From: an uncultured bacterium
GTDB taxonomy: Bacteria; Omnitrophota; Omnitrophia; Omnitrophales; JACQLI01
DNA length: 28,019 nucleotides
Assembly: GCA_964373135.1 (NCBI GenBank)
Contig: CAYJTI010000002.1
Coordinates: 1 to 28,019 of the forward strand
Direction of reading: 5' to 3'
Shown: in pieces, positions 23,811 to 28,019 of the stretch
Position numbering within the stretch: the stretch's first letter is position 1
Layout of the letters: each line of letters starts with the position of its first letter
The notes under the pieces: generated by a model
The model's input: the letters and a program-made list of their open reading frames with translations, nothing else
What the model was told of the DNA's origin: nothing
The model's database searches: none
Made by a program: the position numbers and the translations under genes

Positions 23811-25140
23811 ACCGCTCCACCACGAGACAAATATTCTGCCCGCCGAATCCAAACGAGTTGCTGAGAGCCCGGTCCACTTTCACCTCCCGGGCTTGATTCG
23901 GAACATAATCCAAGTCACACACGGGGTCCGGCTCTTCATAGTTAATGGTCGGTGGAATCACCCCGTCGCGCATGGCGAGGAGGCAGGCAATGAGTTCCGT
24001 GGCGCCTGCCCCCGCAATCATGTGGCCGACCATCGACTTAATGGAACTCACCGGGATGTCGTAGGCCTTTTCTCCAAACACCCGTTTGATGGCCAAGGTC
24101 TCGATGGAATCGTTCACGAGGGTGGCCGTGCCGTGGGCATTAATGTAGTCGATGTCGTTGGGTGAGAGGCCCGACTTCCGAAGCGCCTGCTCCATCGCCC
24201 GCTTCGCGCCGTCTCCCTCGGGGTCCATATCCGTGAGACGGAAGGCGTCGGCCGTAGAGCCATAACCGGCCACCTCCCCGTAAATCTTGGCTCCCCGCTT
24301 CCGGGCATGATTTAATTCTTCCAAGACCAAGACCGCCGCCCCTTCAGAGAGGACGAAGCCGTCACGGCGTTTATCGAAGGGGCGAGATGCGCGTTCCGGC
24401 GCTTCGTTTCGCCGGGAGAGGACCGTGAGCTGACTGAAGCCCGCAATCCCAAAGGGGTAAATCATGGAATGCGCTCCTCCCGTGAGAAGGATGTCGGCCT
24501 CCCCCCTCCGAATCCATTCACACGCCTCGCCAATCGCCTGACTCGATGCGGCGCAGGCTGTGAGACAACTTGAGACCGGCCCTTTAATCTTAAATTGTCC
24601 GGCCAAATGTCTCACGGTCATAAACGGCTGGATTTCAAGCTCCTGGTGCCCCGTGAGGAAATCCGAGCTTCTTGTGACGTAGCGGGCCGGGTCAACCAGT
24701 TTGCCGTTGTCTCCCCAGGCCGAACAGATGGTGGAAATGAAACCGTCGAGATTGAATCCCCAGTCCCCGGCGGCGAAATAAATCCCGACCCGCTCACTGG
24801 CTACCGGTTCCGAAGGTGCCACGTTCGCGAACGTGGCACCTTCGGAACCGGTACCGAGGCCGGCGTCCCGAAACGCCTCGTCCGCCGCCTGCAGGGCAAA
24901 AAAGGTTGAGCGGCCGGCCGATTTAATTTCAGGATTCCGCCCGCGCCAAAAATTGAAATCAAATCCCCGCACCTCGCCCGCAATCCGGACCGGAAACTCC
25001 TCCGCATTAAAGAGGGTAATGGGTCCGATGCCGGATTTGCCGGCAATCCAATTTTCCCAGTTTTCAGAAACCGTGAGGCCGAGCGGTGTCACCGCTCCCA
25101 AGCCGGTGACCACGACACGCCTGAGACCGTTACTCCCCAT
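23797..25140 (-). CDS. fabF: Beta-ketoacyl-ACP synthase (FabF-like, intact Cys-His-His)
   Basis: RRVVVTGLGAVTPLG, catalytic Cys in TACAASSQA, DGFVLSEGA, YINAHGTAT, KSMVGH and SNSFGFGGQN. Confidence 0.93.
   Translation of the reverse strand: MGSNGLRRVVVTGLGAVTPLGLTVSENWENWIAGKSGIGPITLFNAEEFPVRIAGEVRGFDFNFWRGRNPEIKSAGRSTFFALQAADEAFRDAGLGTGSEGATFANVAPSEPVASERVGIYFAAGDWGFNLDGFISTICSAWGDNGKLVDPARYVTRSSDFLTGHQELEIQPFMTVRHLAGQFKIKGPVSSCLTACAASSQAIGEACEWIRRGEADILLTGGAHSMIYPFGIAGFSQLTVLSRRNEAPERASRPFDKRRDGFVLSEGAAVLVLEELNHARKRGAKIYGEVAGYGSTADAFRLTDMDPEGDGAKRAMEQALRKSGLSPNDIDYINAHGTATLVNDSIETLAIKRVFGEKAYDIPVSSIKSMVGHMIAGAGATELIACLLAMRDGVIPPTINYEEPDPVCDLDYVPNQAREVKVDRALSNSFGFGGQNICLVVERYDGA
24802..24853. 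repeat. Perfect 52-bp palindrome with ACCGGT termini, in frame inside the ketosynthase
   Basis: TACCGGTTCCGAAGGTGCCACGTTCG|CGAACGTGGCACCTTCGGAACCGGTA; each half is the exact reverse complement of the other. Confidence 0.95.
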
Positions 25141-26383
25141 GACGCCCCACCACCATCGCCGCGCTTTGGTCGCCGAAGCCGAAGGTATTCAAAAGAAAGT
25201 TCCGGGCCTCGACATTTTTGGGCCGGTCAAGAACGAAATTAAGTTCACACTCCGGGTCCGGATGTTCCAGATTGACCACGGGAGGAAGAAGCTTACTTTG
25301 AAACGCAAAGAGGGCGAGGCCCAATTCGGTCACTCCCGCCGCATCGACCAAGTGACCCGTGACCGATTTGGTGGCAATCACCGGAACCCGATGCGAACCG
25401 TTCCGGAAAATTTCAAGGAGCGAGCGCGCCTCGGAAACATCCTCCTCGGGGACCCCGCTCCCGTGGGCGTGAATAAAATCGATGTCCCGCTCGTCCCGGT
25501 CTGCTTCCTCGAGCGCCTTTTTAATCGACAGGCCCTGGGTATTAAAGGTCGCGCTGTAGCCCAAAATCTCGCCATAAACCCGGGCCCCTCGTCTTAACGC
25601 GTGCTCCCTTTCTTCGAGGACAAAAAGGCCGGCCCCTTCCCCCACCACCATCCCGTCCCGGTGACGGTCAAAGGGGCAGTAAACTTTTTCCGGGGCCTGG
25701 TCTTTTTTCGAGAGAATTCCCAACAAATGAAGACGGGCCAACCCCAGGGGATTGAGTTTGGAATCGGTCGCGCCCGCCAGCATTAAATCGGCGTCGTCCC
25801 GTTGAATCACTCGGCAGGCCTCCCCGACCGCCTGGACTCCCCCGGTGGAAGAGGTCAAGAGCGTGTTGCTTGGCCCCTTGAGGCGGTGAAGCACGGAAAT
25901 GTGACAGGCCGGCATATTCGGCAGATATTTGAGGAGCCAAAGGGGATAAAGCGCCCGAATCCCCTCTTGACCGAACTGGCTGATTTGGAACCGGCCTTCC
26001 GAATCGAGCGACTCCCGAATCCCGGCGCCCAACTCTTCAAGGTCATTATTAATTAAACCCGCGCCCAGCGTGACCCCCGCCCGCCATGAATCAAACGAGC
26101 CCGGGCCAATCTGAGCGTCTGCCATCGCCAAGGTGCTCGCCGCAACGGCCAGCCGGATGTCCCGGCTCATCACCTTGAGGCTTTTCCGTTCCCTGACAAA
26201 ATCTTCGGGACGGAAATTTGGCACTTCTCCCCCCACTCGGATGGGGGAACCATTGGCAGAAAAATCCGACAGGAATCGAATGGCGGAGCGGCCCTTCAAG
26301 GCCGACTCCCAGAGCGGCTCCCGGCCGAGCCCGCAGGCGCTCACCATTCCAATGCCCGTAATGACGACCCGCCGGCCGAGCAT
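25130..26383 (-). CDS. Ketosynthase-fold protein with Cys->Ser at the catalytic position (chain-length-factor- or decarboxylase-like)
   Basis: RRVVITGIG, LKYLPNMPACH, GPSNTLLTSSTGG (aligns to GPVSSCLTACAAS of the neighbour), IHAHGSG, KSVTGH and NTFGFGDQ. Confidence 0.88.
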   Translation of the reverse strand: MLGRRVVITGIGMVSACGLGREPLWESALKGRSAIRFLSDFSANGSPIRVGGEVPNFRPEDFVRERKSLKVMSRDIRLAVAASTLAMADAQIGPGSFDSWRAGVTLGAGLINNDLEELGAGIRESLDSEGRFQISQFGQEGIRALYPLWLLKYLPNMPACHISVLHRLKGPSNTLLTSSTGGVQAVGEACRVIQRDDADLMLAGATDSKLNPLGLARLHLLGILSKKDQAPEKVYCPFDRHRDGMVVGEGAGLFVLEEREHALRRGARVYGEILGYSATFNTQGLSIKKALEEADRDERDIDFIHAHGSGVPEEDVSEARSLLEIFRNGSHRVPVIATKSVTGHLVDAAGVTELGLALFAFQSKLLPPVVNLEHPDPECELNFVLDRPKNVEARNFLLNTFGFGDQSAAMVVGRHGE

Positions 26384-26386
26384 AGG

Positions 26387-26791
26387 TTACCTCAACGCTC
26401 CGATTAAGGTCTCCGGGAAAGTAATCGGTCCGATTCCGTCGGGCCGGAGACGGCCGACATTCATTAAAAGGACTCTCCCCTTGGCAAGTTTCCGTCCCTC
26501 CTGAAAAACCTCTCCCCGAAACCAGCCGGCTTCTTTCCTCAATCCCTCTGCCTCGACTTCGATTTGGACCTCCTTCTCAGGGGTCGGGCGCTCAAAAAAT
26601 TCAACCCCTTCAATCTTTGTGAAAACCAAGTCATCCTTGAAATCGCTTTCGGCTCCCAAAAGAAGCGCTCCGGCCTGGGCGATTAACTCCACCAAATAAC
26701 TCTGAGGGTAGGAAGGCTCCCAATTTTTCCTCGCCCTCACCCCCCTCGCCTTCTCAAAACTTTCCACCCCGTCTAACCAAATCCAGCTCAT
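26387..26791 (-). CDS. FabZ/FabA-like hotdog-fold protein lacking the GHFP catalytic-His loop
   Basis: WLDGVESFE..ARKN, YPQSYLVELIAQAGALL and FTKIEGVEF follow the FabZ order, but the segment between KN and the P..L.E..AQ helix is short and has no His. Confidence 0.7.
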   Translation of the reverse strand: MSWIWLDGVESFEKARGVRARKNWEPSYPQSYLVELIAQAGALLLGAESDFKDDLVFTKIEGVEFFERPTPEKEVQIEVEAEGLRKEAGWFRGEVFQEGRKLAKGRVLLMNVGRLRPDGIGPITFPETLIGALR

Positions 26792-27153
26792 CGAATGAGT
26801 TTGGCTCCAATTCCATCCGGCGTCGGGAAGAAATTTCCCTCCGCGTGCCGGTCATTGCGATAACTCCCTTTGGCGCGAAACCGGCTGTTTCCCTCCATTG
26901 AAATCTCGATGTCACGGAGCCGGCCTTCATCGAATCCGAGATTCTCCGAGGCTTTCAAATAAGCCTCCTTCGCCACAAAGCAGCGCGCAAAAAACTCGAC
27001 CGGACGAGGGGCGGTTTCATAGCCCGCCTGCTCTTTGGAGCTCAGGAGACGAGCGACGGACTTCAGGGGATGTTCACGGAGCAGTCTTTTAATTCGATTC
27101 CAGGAAATGAGGTCGACTCCCACTCCGACCGGTTTTTGGCTAAAGGGAATCAC
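26788..27153 (-). CDS. acpS: AcpS-type phosphopantetheinyl transferase
   Basis: GVGVDL..RI and FARCFVAKEAYLKA motifs, 121 aa. The C-terminus is divergent. GTG start overlaps the ACP stop. Confidence 0.8.
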   Translation of the reverse strand: MIPFSQKPVGVGVDLISWNRIKRLLREHPLKSVARLLSSKEQAGYETAPRPVEFFARCFVAKEAYLKASENLGFDEGRLRDIEISMEGNSRFRAKGSYRNDRHAEGNFFPTPDGIGAKLIR

Positions 27154-27551
27154 AAGGCTTGAACTTTTTTGGTGGAAACCCGCTCCCGGACGTAATCGAT
27201 AATCATCTGAACATTGAAAAGCCCGGCCAACTGTGAAACCTGAGGCTCTTTTTCAAATTCGCTGACATTGAGAAGGGGGACCTTCTCCCGCAAAACTTTA
27301 AGTCCGGCCGGGGTGACTCGTCCGGCCTCCACGAGACCCTCTTGGTTCAAGAGATTCCCCGGAAAGAGCTCCCCCGCTGGGATCTTAATGTCGAAGGCCT
27401 TCTCGAGGCGGAAGATGATGTCAATGAAGTCAATCGATTCGGCGCCGAGGTCGTTCACGAGCGAGGATTCGAGCCGGATTTCCTTGGTGTCGAGCGCCAA
27501 GGCCCCCGCCAGACACTCCTGAACTTTTTTCAAAATCAGGCGGTCATCCAT
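27150..27551 (-). CDS. Large acyl carrier protein (133 aa) with an internal insertion
   Basis: Ppant serine in DLGAESIDFIDIIFRLEKAFDIKIP; ~50 extra residues precede the last helix (NVQMIIDYV). Confidence 0.9.
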   Translation of the reverse strand: MDDRLILKKVQECLAGALALDTKEIRLESSLVNDLGAESIDFIDIIFRLEKAFDIKIPAGELFPGNLLNQEGLVEAGRVTPAGLKVLREKVPLLNVSEFEKEPQVSQLAGLFNVQMIIDYVRERVSTKKVQAL

Positions 27552-28019
27552 GGTTCGGTTTCAGAACGAAAATTCCATTGAAGATGGGAATCCCCAAGAT
27601 TTGAGTCCAGAGGTCCTTTTCAAAAATCGTTTCGAGGCCGAGCCGGCGAAAGGTCTGGCGCCACTCGCTCCGCTTCCGGAATTGCCGGGGATGGCCGACA
27701 TACTCAAACGTAAACATCGCGTCTCTCAAGATCGTAAAAATTCTCTCCAGGGAACTTTCATAGAGGTCTTCCACGACAATCACGGCCTGTCGAGTCACCC
27801 GCTTGGCCTCGGCCAAAAGTTTCTCAGGCTGGGAGACGTGGTGCAGGACCGTGACGAGCAAGCTCACATCAAAGCCCTGGTCCGGAAAGGGGATGTGGTC
27901 TCCCTCATAAGTCGTGACCGGCGCCTTTTTAAAGGAGGGTTCAACCACGTCGAGCACCGTCACCTCACAGCGACAAATCCGCCGCAGGGGTTCCACATAG
28001 AAGCCCCACCCCCCGCCGA
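27544..28019 (-). CDS. Class I SAM-dependent methyltransferase (5' end beyond the window)
   Basis: The frame is open to the window edge and gives motif I xGGGWGF upstream of the track's GTG, then TVLDV, IPFPDQGFDV, VLHH and LLAEAKRV. It overlaps the ACP start. Confidence 0.85.
   Translation of the reverse strand, partial: GGGWGFYVEPLRRICRCEVTVLDVVEPSFKKAPVTTYEGDHIPFPDQGFDVSLLVTVLHHVSQPEKLLAEAKRVTRQAVIVVEDLYESSLERIFTILRDAMFTFEYVGHPRQFRKRSEWRQTFRRLGLETIFEKDLWTQILGIPIFNGIFVLKPNHG

Noticed and set aside
85-25597. Long plus-strand ORFs (e.g. 85..378, 5150..5995, 10509..11429, 11460..12467, 14633..15490, 19932..21008, 23022..23864, 24833..25597)
   Set aside because: They are antisense shadows of clearly recognisable minus-strand genes in GC-rich DNA, with no motifs of their own.

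Overview
GC-rich bacterial window, almost entirely minus-strand. It probably comes from a diderm PVC-type organism such as Omnitrophota; this is inferred from gene content only. (1) 18906->1 is a long housekeeping run: lysS, lolC/E, lolD, ilvE, mcsA, mcsB, clpC, an AsmA/TamB-like protein, mlaE, mlaF, mlaD, a YacL-type PIN/TRAM protein, fused ispDF, gltX, a small accessory insert (DUF2283-like ORF, 42-aa ORF, DUF1016-N/SNase fusion) and the 5' part of cysS. (2) 19134-28019 is a specialised lipid cluster: class I SAM methyltransferase (partial), oversized ACP, AcpS, a FabZ-like hotdog protein lacking the catalytic His, a Cys->Ser ketosynthase, an active FabF-type ketosynthase, an extended SDR reductase, a divergent GT2 glycosyltransferase and an MMPL/RND transporter. 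The main unannotated signal is a family of ACCGGT-core palindromic repeats at four loci. Two are intergenic. Two are in frame inside enzymes: a 17-unit, 14-bp tandem array between the IspD and IspF domains, and a perfect 52-bp palindrome in the ketosynthase. A second REP-like family (CCCCTCACCC hairpins) is boxed by locus-specific inverted repeats upstream of ispDF and in the lysS leader. No rRNA, tRNA, CRISPR array or transposase was seen. No database searches were run.
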